Shown: piece after piece, positions 54,716 to 63,761 of the stretch
Layout of the letters: each line of letters opens with the position of its first letter
How positions within the stretch are numbered: the stretch's first letter is position 1
The notes under the pieces: generated by a model
The model's database searches: none
What the model was told of the DNA's origin: nothing
What the model saw: the letters and a program-made list of their open reading frames with translations, nothing else
Translations under genes and position numbers: made by a program
Virus record (IMG/VR): IMGVR_UViG_3300049595_001870
Coordinates: 1 to 64,000 of that record
Source of the DNA: a virus
Direction: 5' to 3' (one strand)
DNA length: 64,000 nt

Positions 54716-54751
54716 GCCGTTCGGTAGTCGGTTCTATCAACGGAGGTGCGT

Positions 54752-55501
54752 ATGCGACTGGCATATGCACCGGCCAACGCCAAGCTCCGCCGTCTTCAGG
54801 AGCGTTTGGGCGTCAAGGTCTACTCCTTTGACATGCTGTCAGGAGTGACCTGTCCCGCAGCCAAGGACTGTAAGTCTTGGGCTGTGGAGTACGGACGCGG
54901 CAAACGCAAGATTCAAGACGGGAAGCACACGTTGTTCCGGTGCTTTTCGGCCTCGCAAGAGGCTCAGTACACGGATGTGTACAAGTTTCGTAAGGCCAAC
55001 ATGGATGCGGCCCTGTCGCTTGCGGCAGAGTCGCCCATGAAGTGTGCCTCGGCTCTGGTTGAGGCTCTGCCTGACCGGGCAGCGGTGATTCGCATCCATG
55101 TGGCTGGGGATTTCAAGATCCTCAACTACTTCGATGCGTGGCTGGAGGTGTGCGAACGCAGGCCCGACCTGCGGCTGTATGCCTACACCAAGATGTTGTC
55201 GTTCTGGCAGAAGCGGCGGGACATCCTGCCTGCGAATCTGGCCCTGACTGCCAGCAGGGGTGGTCGGTTCGACCATCTGATCGACAGCGAGGGATTCCGT
55301 GAGTCGGTAGTGGTCTACAGCGAGGCCAAGGCCAAACGGCTGCGGCTGGCTATCGACCATGATGACAGCCATGCGTACTCGCTCACTGGCGGGTCGTTTG
55401 CCCTGCTGATCCACGGCACTCAACCGCCGGGCAGCGAGGCTGGCAAGGCCGTGCGGGCCTTGCGCGGGAAGGGTTCCTACAACCGGAAAGTGAAGGTGTG
55501 A
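54752..55501 (+). CDS. Gp88-like protein (radical-SAM-related Fe-S)
   Basis: SGVTCPAAKDC...RCFSA...IRIHVAGDF...YAYTK. Confidence 0.7.
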   Translation: MRLAYAPANAKLRRLQERLGVKVYSFDMLSGVTCPAAKDCKSWAVEYGRGKRKIQDGKHTLFRCFSASQEAQYTDVYKFRKANMDAALSLAAESPMKCASALVEALPDRAAVIRIHVAGDFKILNYFDAWLEVCERRPDLRLYAYTKMLSFWQKRRDILPANLALTASRGGRFDHLIDSEGFRESVVVYSEAKAKRLRLAIDHDDSHAYSLTGGSFALLIHGTQPPGSEAGKAVRALRGKGSYNRKVKV

Positions 55502-55502
55502 C

Positions 55503-55724
55503 ATGCGGACAAGTCTGACCGGCCGCCTTGTGCGTGCGGCCGACGACTTGCGGAGGCTGCGGTCTGATCTGAACAGCCTGGCCGTGGCACTGCTGACGGA
55601 TGACAACGGCATATCACAAGAGTCCTACGGACTGCTGCGGTCAGTGTTTGCCCGTGTCGGCGGCATGCCGGCCCTGAACGTCGATGCGACGGACGGGCGG
55701 TTCTACATTCCGGAGGAGGTGTGA
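55503..55724 (+). CDS. hypothetical early protein
   Basis: GGTGTGACATG junctions. Confidence 0.7.
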   Translation: MRTSLTGRLVRAADDLRRLRSDLNSLAVALLTDDNGISQESYGLLRSVFARVGGMPALNVDATDGRFYIPEEV

Positions 55725-55725
55725 C

Positions 55726-55950
55726 ATGAACAAAGATTTTGGCGAGACAGTCGCCAAGTACTTTTACGGCGAGGGGAAGTGGGTGTCGGTCTATGCGTGC
55801 TACCCAGACATGGAGGCTTACGACAATCGAACGCCGGACTACTGGGATGTGTACGACGAGAACGGAGCATGCCTCAACGAGGGTGAGGCGTTCTATGCGA
55901 TGCCCACTTGGGGCGATGTGCTGAAGTCCTACATCAAGCAGGAGGTGTGA
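55726..55950 (+). CDS. hypothetical early protein
   Basis: GGAGGTGTGACATG junctions. Confidence 0.7.
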   Translation: MNKDFGETVAKYFYGEGKWVSVYACYPDMEAYDNRTPDYWDVYDENGACLNEGEAFYAMPTWGDVLKSYIKQEV

Positions 55951-55951
55951 C

Positions 55952-56221
55952 ATGCGGAAGCTGAGCGATGAGCCTTTGGTCTGGCAGTACGGCCTCCACC
56001 GCGTCGTCAATGGCGTACCGCAGTGGCTGTCTGTAGATGGCGATTGGCTGCCTGACTCTAACACCGAAAACTTACGCATCCGCAGGTTCCTCTCGCTGGC
56101 GGCAGCGAAGCGAGCGTGGGAGGACGAGATGCCGCATGCGCTGGATGCGTGGGCTCGCTCCATTGGTATTTTCCAGGGGAAGCGAGATGTGACAGAGGCC
56201 CTTTATCGCGGGGAGGTGTGA
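55952..56221 (+). CDS. hypothetical early protein
   Basis: GGAGGTGTGACATG junctions. Confidence 0.7.
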   Translation: MRKLSDEPLVWQYGLHRVVNGVPQWLSVDGDWLPDSNTENLRIRRFLSLAAAKRAWEDEMPHALDAWARSIGIFQGKRDVTEALYRGEV

Positions 56222-56222
56222 C

Positions 56223-56498
56223 ATGGTGGCGATTGTGACCAAGTATCACGGCCCGACCAACACGCGGGGTTCCCGTGTGTCTGCGTCTGCCAACGGGCAC
56301 CGCGTTGAGGTGACCCATGAGTCTGCTCTGGACTCCGAGGCCAACCATCGCCAGGCATTGCGTGCCCTATGCGACAAGCTGGGGTGGGATGAGGACAGGT
56401 TCTACGGCGGTGCCATGGACGATGGCAGGTGGGCCTGGGTGCCTGTCTTTACCTACGACTGGGAGCAGCGACACAAGGAGCAAGCCAATGCAAACTGA
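56223..56498 (+). CDS. conserved early protein (TKYHGPTNTRGSRV family)
   Basis: Recurrent phage motif. Confidence 0.75.
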   Translation: MVAIVTKYHGPTNTRGSRVSASANGHRVEVTHESALDSEANHRQALRALCDKLGWDEDRFYGGAMDDGRWAWVPVFTYDWEQRHKEQANAN

Positions 56499-56709
56499 CC
56501 TGTACAAGGGTGTGGACTGGGCCCCGCATGTGCGTGAGTTCTATGCGGAGTGGCTCAGATTCACTGGCCTGCGGGCGGATAGTCGCCGGTCTTTCGACCG
56601 ATTCGTAGCCCTGATGGAGGAACGCATGGGCGACTTCCTGATGGATCAGTGTGCGGACTTTTCTGGGATGGGTCTTATCCGGGAGGAGGTGAGCGATGCG
56701 ACTGCGTGA
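56488..56709 (+). CDS. hypothetical early protein
   Basis: SD AAGGAG. Confidence 0.6.
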   Translation: MQTDLYKGVDWAPHVREFYAEWLRFTGLRADSRRSFDRFVALMEERMGDFLMDQCADFSGMGLIREEVSDATA

Positions 56710-57088
56710 TCGGTTCAATGCCTGGGTCCAGGCCCGGGTGGATGCGGTGCTGCTGCCGCGTGTGCGGCGGTGCGTGCAGGCTGAGGCCCAGCCTATCGAC
56801 TTCCAGCGGCTGGCGCTGGAAACGTCCACCTTGCGTGGGTTCAGCAAGGAGGTGGCGGATGCGCTGGAGCTGGACAACGACTTCTGCCGGCGGCTGGCAG
56901 AGGAGATTCCGGCCAGCGACATCGCATACCACATCGACGCCGAGGAGGTGGCCAAGGAGGTGGAGGTGGACATCTGCGTGTCCGATGTGGCCGAGAGTCT
57001 GGACATGTCGGAGCTGGCCGGGGAGATCGATTACGAGGCGCTGGCGGCGGCGCTCGTTCGCATGGCAGCAAAGGGGGTGACCAAGTGA
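56696..57088 (+). CDS. acidic early protein with repeated EID/IDxE pattern
   Basis: GGAGGTGAGCGATG junction. Confidence 0.7.
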   Translation: MRLRDRFNAWVQARVDAVLLPRVRRCVQAEAQPIDFQRLALETSTLRGFSKEVADALELDNDFCRRLAEEIPASDIAYHIDAEEVAKEVEVDICVSDVAESLDMSELAGEIDYEALAAALVRMAAKGVTK

Positions 57089-57285
57089 GACATGTGGAAT
57101 TCCGCAAGTTGGTGGACGCTGTCATCGAAGCCCACTGCGGGCTGGGGTCCATGGATCTGCCCGACTTCGATCTGTGGAGCTACTTCGACGAGGACATGAC
57201 ATCCGAAGAGGCGCAGGAGGCGGCGCGTGATGCCGCCATCGACCTGCTGGTGGAAGAGGGCTTTCCGTTTGAGGAGGGTGCGTGA
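57085..57285 (+). CDS. acidic small early protein
   Basis: GTGA overlap. Confidence 0.7.
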   Translation: MRHVEFRKLVDAVIEAHCGLGSMDLPDFDLWSYFDEDMTSEEAQEAARDAAIDLLVEEGFPFEEGA

Positions 57286-57509
57286 TGCAGAAGTGGGTGG
57301 CCCATGCGATTGCGTCTCACGGCCCGTCTCTGGACGAGCGATGGGTTGGTGATGTGACTGCCGGCGTGGCGGGCGATCTGCCGGCGTTCATTGCGGCAGC
57401 GGCGACGGCGGCGCGTGAGTTGGCCGACGAGCAGTTGGCCGAAGAGTTCTTGGATGCCTTGGCGGCAGTCAATATCGACCGTGTGTTGGGGAAGACCGTC
57501 TTCTACTAG
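57285..57509 (+). CDS. hypothetical early protein
   Basis: Coupled. Confidence 0.6.
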   Translation: MQKWVAHAIASHGPSLDERWVGDVTAGVAGDLPAFIAAAATAARELADEQLAEEFLDALAAVNIDRVLGKTVFY

Positions 57510-57519
57510 GGGGTGCGTG

Positions 57520-57732
57520 ATGAGCTATCGACCGATGGTGAAGGTGGGCAATGAGTGGGCTGGCAATGGCATTCGCTTTGCCACCCGGGCAGAGGCCGAG
57601 GCTTCCGCCCGTGATCTGTACGGACGATGGACCCTGTGTGTGGATCACCGGGCAGATGAGTCCGATGATCAGGTAAACTGTGAGTGGGATTCGTCCCGTG
57701 GCAATGTGCATTTGGAGGTGGTCAATGCCTGA
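57520..57732 (+). CDS. conserved early protein (NGIRFATRAEAE)
   Basis: SD GGGGGTG. Confidence 0.7.
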   Translation: MSYRPMVKVGNEWAGNGIRFATRAEAEASARDLYGRWTLCVDHRADESDDQVNCEWDSSRGNVHLEVVNA

Positions 57733-57988
57733 GATTCCAAACATCCCGCAGTCCGTGCGGATATACGTGGCTCCTGTCGGCACAGTGGACTCCCCTGTTC
57801 ATGGCTGCATTCCGTTCGTCGTTCGGGCCTACGACAACACCCGCACTGGCGAGGTGATGTGGCGGGGCAGCTACTACCAGAACGTCAATGGCTTCCCAAT
57901 GTACGTCGCCGCTAGGCAGGCGGCCGAGCGTGAATGCGGCGTGCGTAACTGGCACATCGTCAACCCAGAGGAGGTGAGCAGTGCCTAG
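57725..57988 (+). CDS. hypothetical early protein
   Basis: GGAGGTGGTCAATG junction. Confidence 0.65.
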   Translation: MPEIPNIPQSVRIYVAPVGTVDSPVHGCIPFVVRAYDNTRTGEVMWRGSYYQNVNGFPMYVAARQAAERECGVRNWHIVNPEEVSSA

Positions 57989-58283
57989 GCACAGACGTTC
58001 TCGCACCGACTACCCGGCTGGCGTGATTGCCATCTATGACAACTGCGGCAAGACCATCGACCGATACGAGGTGGTGTTCTCGCCTGCGTCCAGTGATGGG
58101 GTGCAGTTCTTTCCCATCCTGTACATGAGCCCCGATCCGTTCCATCCGCAGGGCGTGGGGCAGCATTCCGAAACGCTGTTCCGCCCGACGCGGATGCCCG
58201 ATCAGCGCGTGATTGATTGGGCCGATCTCCCTGAACGATGCAAGCAGTGTGTTCTGCAAGACTTGGAGGTGACCAATGCCTAA
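57981..58283 (+). CDS. conserved early protein (YDN.GKT.DRY...PFHPQGVGQH)
   Basis: Recurrent phage motif. Confidence 0.75.
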   Translation: MPRHRRSRTDYPAGVIAIYDNCGKTIDRYEVVFSPASSDGVQFFPILYMSPDPFHPQGVGQHSETLFRPTRMPDQRVIDWADLPERCKQCVLQDLEVTNA

Positions 58284-58491
58284 ACAGCGGCGGCGGTATG
58301 CCGTGATCGGCTGGTGTGCCGTCGATGTCCTGGAGCATAGGCCGGGCTGGACCCGCAAGCAGTGCAACGAGTTTCTGGAGGCCAACGAGGATCACGTCCA
58401 GTTGGCGATGATTGAGGCTGGCAATGCGGCGATCAGGGAGTGCCTGCCGCCGGGGAACGATGAGGACACAGAGGAGGTGGTCAATGCCTAA
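58276..58491 (+). CDS. hypothetical early protein
   Basis: GGAGGTGACCAATG junction. Confidence 0.7.
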   Translation: MPKQRRRYAVIGWCAVDVLEHRPGWTRKQCNEFLEANEDHVQLAMIEAGNAAIRECLPPGNDEDTEEVVNA

Positions 58492-58735
58492 CCCAAACGT
58501 CAGTCAGAGCCACTTCGCCAAGGCTGCTGCCGGCAAGGCGGCGACGTTTTGCGAAGAGGCCAAGAGCGAGGCAAGCCTAGCCGTTATTGCCCGCATGGTA
58601 CTGGAGGAGTTCGACACGGCCCCCAAGTCGCAGGAGTACCTAGCCCTCGCGGCTGCGTTCAGCAAGTCGCATGGCAAGAACGAATGGGTGATAGTGGACG
58701 ACATTGTCCGTGCGTTCAAATGGTTTCGGAGGTGA
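58484..58735 (+). CDS. hypothetical early protein
   Basis: GGAGGTGGTCAATG junction. Confidence 0.65.
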   Translation: MPNPNVSQSHFAKAAAGKAATFCEEAKSEASLAVIARMVLEEFDTAPKSQEYLALAAAFSKSHGKNEWVIVDDIVRAFKWFRR

Positions 58736-58739
58736 CGAC

Positions 58740-59030
58740 ATGACATCCGGTGACCTCGCCAAGATGGCCCGTGCCGCAGCCGTCATTGAGTCTGTGCTGG
58801 GCCGGGACTTTGTGTGCTACACCCGGTCAGAGTTCGATGGTGAGTACGGCAAGGGTGCCTTGCTCATCCTGCAACATGAGAGCTGCGATCCGCTGTACCC
58901 GTATGTGAACTACGACGGTTTGCAATACGGCAAGATCGAACAGTTGTCCGATGCGTTGTCGGCTGCTGGGTTCTGGGTGGAGGACTGCACGGGGTGGTAC
59001 TCCGGTGTCTATGAGAAGGAGGTGGCGTAA
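58740..59030 (+). CDS. hypothetical early protein
   Basis: SD GGAGGTG. Confidence 0.7.
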   Translation: MTSGDLAKMARAAAVIESVLGRDFVCYTRSEFDGEYGKGALLILQHESCDPLYPYVNYDGLQYGKIEQLSDALSAAGFWVEDCTGWYSGVYEKEVA

Positions 59031-59269
59031 TGCGAGTGCGATATGCGGCTGGCGAAATTGTTGATGTGGACTCCGGCGTGTTCACTGCCTCGCCCATTCG
59101 CGGCGAGGGCTGGGTGCGATGCGAGGTGGTGTGCGACACCGACAACGTGGATCAGACGTACATCAGCCCCCTCCCGCCGCACCTTGGCTCGCCCCTATAC
59201 GTGCGACCACGGGACATCCGTGGGCCCTCGCTACTTACCAACAAGGAGAACGCCAATGCCGCAGATTGA
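59030..59269 (+). CDS. hypothetical early protein
   Basis: TAATG coupling. Confidence 0.65.
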   Translation: MRVRYAAGEIVDVDSGVFTASPIRGEGWVRCEVVCDTDNVDQTYISPLPPHLGSPLYVRPRDIRGPSLLTNKENANAAD

Positions 59270-59453
59270 TTGGACTGCTGACCAAGGCGAAGAGGTTCGG
59301 CAGTTGCTTCTGAATCAAATTGATTTCCTGCAAGAGAGAAAGGCAACGTGGGTTTCTCGCGGTGCCCTCGGCCCAGCAGCAAGCGACTCGCACCTCATCC
59401 AAGACTTGCGTGACATAATTTCTAAACTGGAGGCTGCATATGCCAACGATTGA
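59256..59453 (+). CDS. small helical early protein
   Basis: MPQIDWTADQGEEVRQLL; SD AAGGAG. Confidence 0.65.
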   Translation: MPQIDWTADQGEEVRQLLLNQIDFLQERKATWVSRGALGPAASDSHLIQDLRDIISKLEAAYAND

Positions 59454-59619
59454 ACTGACCGACGAGCAGGCCGAGGAGTTGCAGGATGTGCTGGTGTACG
59501 AGTCTGACCGCCTGACGTTTGCCATCAAGGACGCTGACCCCAGCGATGCAGACGCTATTGCTACGCGGCACACTGTGTCTGTCCTGTCCGACATCCTTCA
59601 CCTACTGGAGATTGCGTGA
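59440..59619 (+). CDS. small helical early protein
   Basis: Hand-translated MPTIELTDEQAEELQDVL... Confidence 0.65.
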   Translation: MPTIELTDEQAEELQDVLVYESDRLTFAIKDADPSDADAIATRHTVSVLSDILHLLEIA

Positions 59620-59837
59620 TGAAGCCACTGCATATCACTGAGCATGAGGCACGCCAGGAACTGCTAGCCTACGTGGACATCGATGATCTGGCCCTGCTTC
59701 TCAGCAAGCTGGCCGTGTATCAGGACCGCACCGTGGTTGTGAAGGGCACCGACAAGGAGAGTTACGCCTGCTGGAATGGGTACATGAGCGACGAGCGTGG
59801 TGATCTGAACTGCTTCAGCGACAAGGAGACTGCCTAA
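59619..59837 (+). CDS. hypothetical early protein
   Basis: Coupled. Confidence 0.65.
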   Translation: MKPLHITEHEARQELLAYVDIDDLALLLSKLAVYQDRTVVVKGTDKESYACWNGYMSDERGDLNCFSDKETA

Positions 59838-60076
59838 TGCCATACCCAGACAGTGAGTACCCGTCCATCCTGCGTGGACGCACCAAGCGTGAGAGCCAGC
59901 GGTTGCTGGCGGCGGCACCGGACATGCTGGCTGCGCTGAAGATGTGGATGGAGCTAGAGACAACGTGCGATGGGCGCCGACCGTGCTATTGCGACGACCC
60001 AGAGATATCGCGGCACGGCAAATGCTATGCGTGCGCTGCCGATTCCGCCATCGCCAAAGCAGAAGGGAGAAAGTGA
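59837..60076 (+). CDS. homologue of 865-1107
   Basis: First 26 nt identical to 865-890. Confidence 0.8.
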   Translation: MPYPDSEYPSILRGRTKRESQRLLAAAPDMLAALKMWMELETTCDGRRPCYCDDPEISRHGKCYACAADSAIAKAEGRK

Positions 60077-60372
60077 TGGCACATACACCGGGAACGTGGG
60101 AGGCAAGGCCGACTGACGGGCAGATCGTTCTCAATGGATCGAACTGCTATGACATTCAGGAAATCTACAACGATCAGGGCGGGTTCAATCCTGACGACAT
60201 CCGGCTCATGGCGGCGGCGCCTGAGATGCTGGCTGCGTTGCGTGACACGCTCGGCGAACTGGAGTGGCTGTGCGAATGCCACCGCAAGTGCAAGGAAGAG
60301 CCGGATGCTGGTGCGTATGCTGCTATCGCCAAGGCCCGCACGGCCATACTCAAAGCGGAAGGGAGGGATTGA
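60076..60372 (+). CDS. homologue of 1107-1379
   Basis: MAHTPGTW...MAAAPEMLAAL. Confidence 0.8.
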   Translation: MAHTPGTWEARPTDGQIVLNGSNCYDIQEIYNDQGGFNPDDIRLMAAAPEMLAALRDTLGELEWLCECHRKCKEEPDAGAYAAIAKARTAILKAEGRD

Positions 60373-60473
60373 TGGGCCGCAGGGCCAGCGTATCGGCCAA
60401 GCCGAGGCGGAACATGCGGACGCTGCTTCTACGGTGGGGCGGCTGGGAGTGGTTTCTGAAACACATCAAGTGA
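60372..60473 (+). CDS. 33-aa basic peptide
   Basis: TGATG coupling. Confidence 0.45.
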   Translation: MGRRASVSAKPRRNMRTLLLRWGGWEWFLKHIK

Positions 60474-60478
60474 GCGAC

Positions 60479-60676
60479 ATGATCAACCTGACTTTGAGTC
60501 CGACGCACTTCTTCTACCTGCTGGCCGCCGTCCGCCGGGACGCGGCCGAGCTGGAGGACATGGCACCATGGGATATCAGTGAGGAAACCGAGGCACATGA
60601 GCAGGAGATGAAGTTGTGCCGGGAGGTTGGTAGGCTCCTGTCCAAGGTGGAGCAGGAGCAGGTGTTCACGCACTAG
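60479..60676 (+). CDS. homologue of 1850-2032
   Basis: MINLTLSPTHFFYLLAAVRRD. Confidence 0.7.
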   Translation: MINLTLSPTHFFYLLAAVRRDAAELEDMAPWDISEETEAHEQEMKLCREVGRLLSKVEQEQVFTH

Positions 60677-60685
60677 GAGGTGTGC

Positions 60686-60823
60686 ATGGGACGCATCGAC
60701 TGGTGGACTGACGGGCGGGTAGACTACGTCATCAGCCTGCTTGTGCAGGCCGAGCGTGTGGTGCGAGAGGTTGAGCCTGATCTGTACGAGAAGATCCGGC
60801 GTTTTCTTTTGGAGGAGGCGTGA
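60686..60823 (+). CDS. homologue of 1716-1853
   Basis: Hand-translated MGRIDWWTD...PDLYEKIRRFLLEEA. Confidence 0.8.
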   Translation: MGRIDWWTDGRVDYVISLLVQAERVVREVEPDLYEKIRRFLLEEA

Positions 60824-61302
60824 TGAACAAGTATCGCGTGCAAGACTCGCACTGCGGCGAGGACTTTGAGGCTGCCGACGAGGACGCCGCCTTCGCATAC
60901 GCCAAGGAGTGGCTGCGAACCGGCGACTGGGATCGGTCTCACACTCTCTGGCCGGACGCCACCGTCTTTGCGTACGACGGCGACACAGAGGAGCGGCTGG
61001 GTTCAGTGACGGTCACCCTCCCGCCCGATGAGCCGGCATGCGTTGGCGAGGAGCATGTGTGGTGTTCACCGCATCACATCCTCGGCGGCCTGGAGGATAA
61101 CCCGGGCGTGTGGGGTAACGGCGGAGGCGCTCGCATCAAGGAAGTGTGCAGCGAGTGCGGCGTGTACAAGTTGGTCGATACGTGGGCCACCAACCCCACT
61201 AACGGTACGCAGGGGCACACTTCCGTGGAGTACCTGCCGCCTGACAACGCGTCCTTAGAGTGGGTAAGGCAACTGCAAACAGAGGAGGTGCGTGATGGCT
61301 AA
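60823..61302 (+). CDS. hypothetical early protein with Cys/His motifs
   Basis: EHVWCSPH...CSECG. Confidence 0.7.
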   Translation: MNKYRVQDSHCGEDFEAADEDAAFAYAKEWLRTGDWDRSHTLWPDATVFAYDGDTEERLGSVTVTLPPDEPACVGEEHVWCSPHHILGGLEDNPGVWGNGGGARIKEVCSECGVYKLVDTWATNPTNGTQGHTSVEYLPPDNASLEWVRQLQTEEVRDG

Positions 61303-61771
61303 GAAGAAGGCTGCGAAGAAGCCCCGGCCGCAGAGCGTGACGCTCCGGTTCATTTCCGATCCCGGCCATGGGTGGCTGGAGGTGCCGAAGGCTCTGTGCG
61401 AGATGCTTGGTCTGGGCACAGACTTCCCCGCCCATGGGCCCTTCTGCTACTTGGAGGAAGACTGTGATTGTACCGACTTCGACCGGGCGGCGAAGCGGCA
61501 CGGCGTGTCGTTCGTAACGGCCGAGCATGAGGTGGATAGCTTCGATCACTGGTTCGGTGGTGAGCAGTGGCCGTACATCCCCGGCGCCGTCTATGGGGAT
61601 GACAGAAAGCTTGTGTGCCACGCTTTGGAATCCCTCGGTACGCAGATGAAGCAGTGTCACTTGGATGAGACGTACAGTGCCAAAGAACGCAAGGAGTTCC
61701 GAAAGATGTGGGAGGATTGCGTGCGGCTAACACTGAAGTTTGAAACCCTGAACGGTGTGGGAGGTGAGTGA
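61295..61771 (+). CDS. conserved early protein (DPGHGWL...YLEEDCD), MAKKK N-terminus
   Basis: Recurrent phage motif. Confidence 0.75.
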   Translation: MAKKKAAKKPRPQSVTLRFISDPGHGWLEVPKALCEMLGLGTDFPAHGPFCYLEEDCDCTDFDRAAKRHGVSFVTAEHEVDSFDHWFGGEQWPYIPGAVYGDDRKLVCHALESLGTQMKQCHLDETYSAKERKEFRKMWEDCVRLTLKFETLNGVGGE

Positions 61772-62067
61772 TGACTAATGACACCGTCACGGATTGGCGG
61801 CATGCAATTCGATTTCGCATCGACGGCCAGCAGTTTCACTATGACGGCCAAGGAGAATTCCGTGCGCTGCATGCCACCGTGTTCCAGTACGCCAGCGATG
61901 GCAAACGATACTGGAAGGTCGAAGTGCTAGAGGAGAGTTCGGATCGCAGCCGGGCCGAGGCTTACACGTATGGCGACACTCTGCCGCTCACGCACAAGAT
62001 GGCGACAGAGATCGCGCGTAGGTTTGTGACCGGGAAGAAGATACCCAAACGATTGGAGTGGAGGTGA
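61771..62067 (+). CDS. hypothetical early protein
   Basis: Flanked by GGAGGTGAGTGATG. Confidence 0.7.
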   Translation: MTNDTVTDWRHAIRFRIDGQQFHYDGQGEFRALHATVFQYASDGKRYWKVEVLEESSDRSRAEAYTYGDTLPLTHKMATEIARRFVTGKKIPKRLEWR

Positions 62068-62070
62068 GTG

Positions 62071-62292
62071 ATGCTGACGGGCGACAAGAAGCGGGCTCGG
62101 CTTGGCAAGGCGGCATGCCGCCGATATGCCGATGACGTTGGTGCGGACATGGATGAGGATCAGGGCGTGATCATGCAGGATTTGGTGGTCAGCATCCTGC
62201 ATCTGTGCGATCAGGAAGGCATGGACCCGTTTACGTTCTCGCAGAAGGCGCTGCGGAAGTTTGAGGAAACCCTAGTGGAGGAGGATTACTGA
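62071..62292 (+). CDS. hypothetical early protein
   Basis: QDLVVSILHLCD..G.D pattern. Confidence 0.7.
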   Translation: MLTGDKKRARLGKAACRRYADDVGADMDEDQGVIMQDLVVSILHLCDQEGMDPFTFSQKALRKFEETLVEEDY

Positions 62293-62501
62293 TGGCGTTC
62301 GGCAAGCACCGGAAGATTTGCTTTGACTATGAGCCCGGCCACAACTACCCGTACGTTTGCTCTGCGTGGTGCGAGGTGGGTGGCATGAACATCGGTGATC
62401 GTTTCACCGAGGAGGTTGCCGAGGTCCTCATTGAGGCGTTCCGTGAGAATGGGATTGCGGTGGAGGTGGAAGAGGTTGCTAACAATCAGGGGAGACTATG
62501 A
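62292..62501 (+). CDS. hypothetical early protein
   Basis: TGATG coupling. Confidence 0.65.
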   Translation: MAFGKHRKICFDYEPGHNYPYVCSAWCEVGGMNIGDRFTEEVAEVLIEAFRENGIAVEVEEVANNQGRL

Positions 62502-62884
62502 CTGACATCGAAGTGCTGGAGGATTTCTTTATTGTTGACGAGGTCGCCGCAGCGCTGGAGTGGGTGATTGCGCCAACACTCTTGGGCCGGTCGGCGCGTG
62601 AGTTGCGGGCTCTGGCGTCCAACCCGGACGCAAGCCCAGAGGATGTGGTCAAAGCGATCGAACTCGTCCTCACTGCCGTCGGCCCACGCAACATGGCGGC
62701 CATTGTGTCGCATGGCGTGTGGGATCATTGGTGCCCGTGCCATGTCGATCTTGATCAGTTCAACAACGGCCACGGCGCTGTGATCTGGACCGGCAACAAT
62801 GGATATGTGAAGTGCGTGATTGATGACACTGACGAAGACAATCTGGACCTTACGCTGATTGCCGGGAACGTCCCGGCGAAGTGA
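62498..62884 (+). CDS. hypothetical early protein
   Basis: ATGA overlap. Confidence 0.7.
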   Translation: MTDIEVLEDFFIVDEVAAALEWVIAPTLLGRSARELRALASNPDASPEDVVKAIELVLTAVGPRNMAAIVSHGVWDHWCPCHVDLDQFNNGHGAVIWTGNNGYVKCVIDDTDEDNLDLTLIAGNVPAK

Positions 62885-62913
62885 ACGGCAACCTTGTTTG
62901 TGAGGGGGATTCT

Positions 62914-62985
62914 ATGGGCGAGACTTTTGAGTTCCTGATGTGCTGCATTGTTGTTGCCACAATCCTGTACTGGAGCGGCCAGTGA
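62914..62985 (+). CDS. 23-aa hydrophobic micropeptide MGETFEFLMCCIVVATILYWSGQ
   Basis: SD GAGGGGG; GTGA overlap with recombinase; homologue of 4724-4798. Confidence 0.7.
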   Translation: MGETFEFLMCCIVVATILYWSGQ

Positions 62986-63761
62986 TCTACGGATATGTGC
63001 GAGTCTCCACCGACAAGCAGGAGTGTTCCGCCGAGGCGCAGCAGGCGGACATCTTGCGGTGGGCCAAGGACGGCTGCGACCGCATGTTCGTTGACGAAGA
63101 TGTGTCCGGCGGCATGCCACTGCAAGACCGGCCGCAGGGCAAGGTCATGTGGGACTTGCTCACGCCGGGTGACACCGTCGTCGTCGCCAAGCTGGACCGT
63201 GCGTTCCGCAATCTCTCCGATGCCGCCAACACACACCAGAACTTCAAGGCGCAACGGATTGCCCTTGTTGTTCTGGATTTGCCGATCGACATCAACACGC
63301 CGGCCGGCGAGCTGTTCTTCCACCAGCTCTGTGCGTTCGCTCAGTTTGAGCGGCGCATGATCGCTGATCGCACGCGGCGGGCGTGCCAGCACAAGCTCTC
63401 CACGGGCAAGCCGTACGGCCGGGCGCGTCCGCTCGGCTGGGTTCGCCGGGAGGGACAGTACGTGCCCTGCGAGGAGGAGCGAGAGACTGGCCGCCGACTG
63501 CTGGCCATGCGCAAGGCCGGGCTATCCTACGTTTCCATCTGCTGGAAGTTTGCCCGCGAGCGCGTGCGCAAGCCCGATCCGGTCAAGGGGAGCCGGGGCT
63601 ACTACGGCCCGGACGATCTGCGGATGCTGGCCCAGGCAGCCGAAGCTGGATACCCAGCCGTTCCGAGAGCGTACGTGCCAGCGCTCGCGCGCGAACAGAT
63701 GCTACTCGCAGAGACACCTCATGCTCCGCGGCGATTTGACGTAGCGTCATTCCCTCAATGA
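62982..63761 (+). CDS. serine recombinase, copy B
   Basis: IYGYVRVST, DEDVSG, GDTVVVAKLDRAFR, FAQFERRMI. Confidence 0.9.
   Translation: MIYGYVRVSTDKQECSAEAQQADILRWAKDGCDRMFVDEDVSGGMPLQDRPQGKVMWDLLTPGDTVVVAKLDRAFRNLSDAANTHQNFKAQRIALVVLDLPIDINTPAGELFFHQLCAFAQFERRMIADRTRRACQHKLSTGKPYGRARPLGWVRREGQYVPCEEERETGRRLLAMRKAGLSYVSICWKFARERVRKPDPVKGSRGYYGPDDLRMLAQAAEAGYPAVPRAYVPALAREQMLLAETPHAPRRFDVASFPQ

Larger units (their letters stand above)
5365..62985. mobile_element. approximately one complete ~58-59 kb podovirus-like phage genome equivalent
   Basis: terL, portal, MCP, tail, replication/recombination and early arrays; homologous genes recur at ~58.2-59.0 kb offset. Confidence 0.8.
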
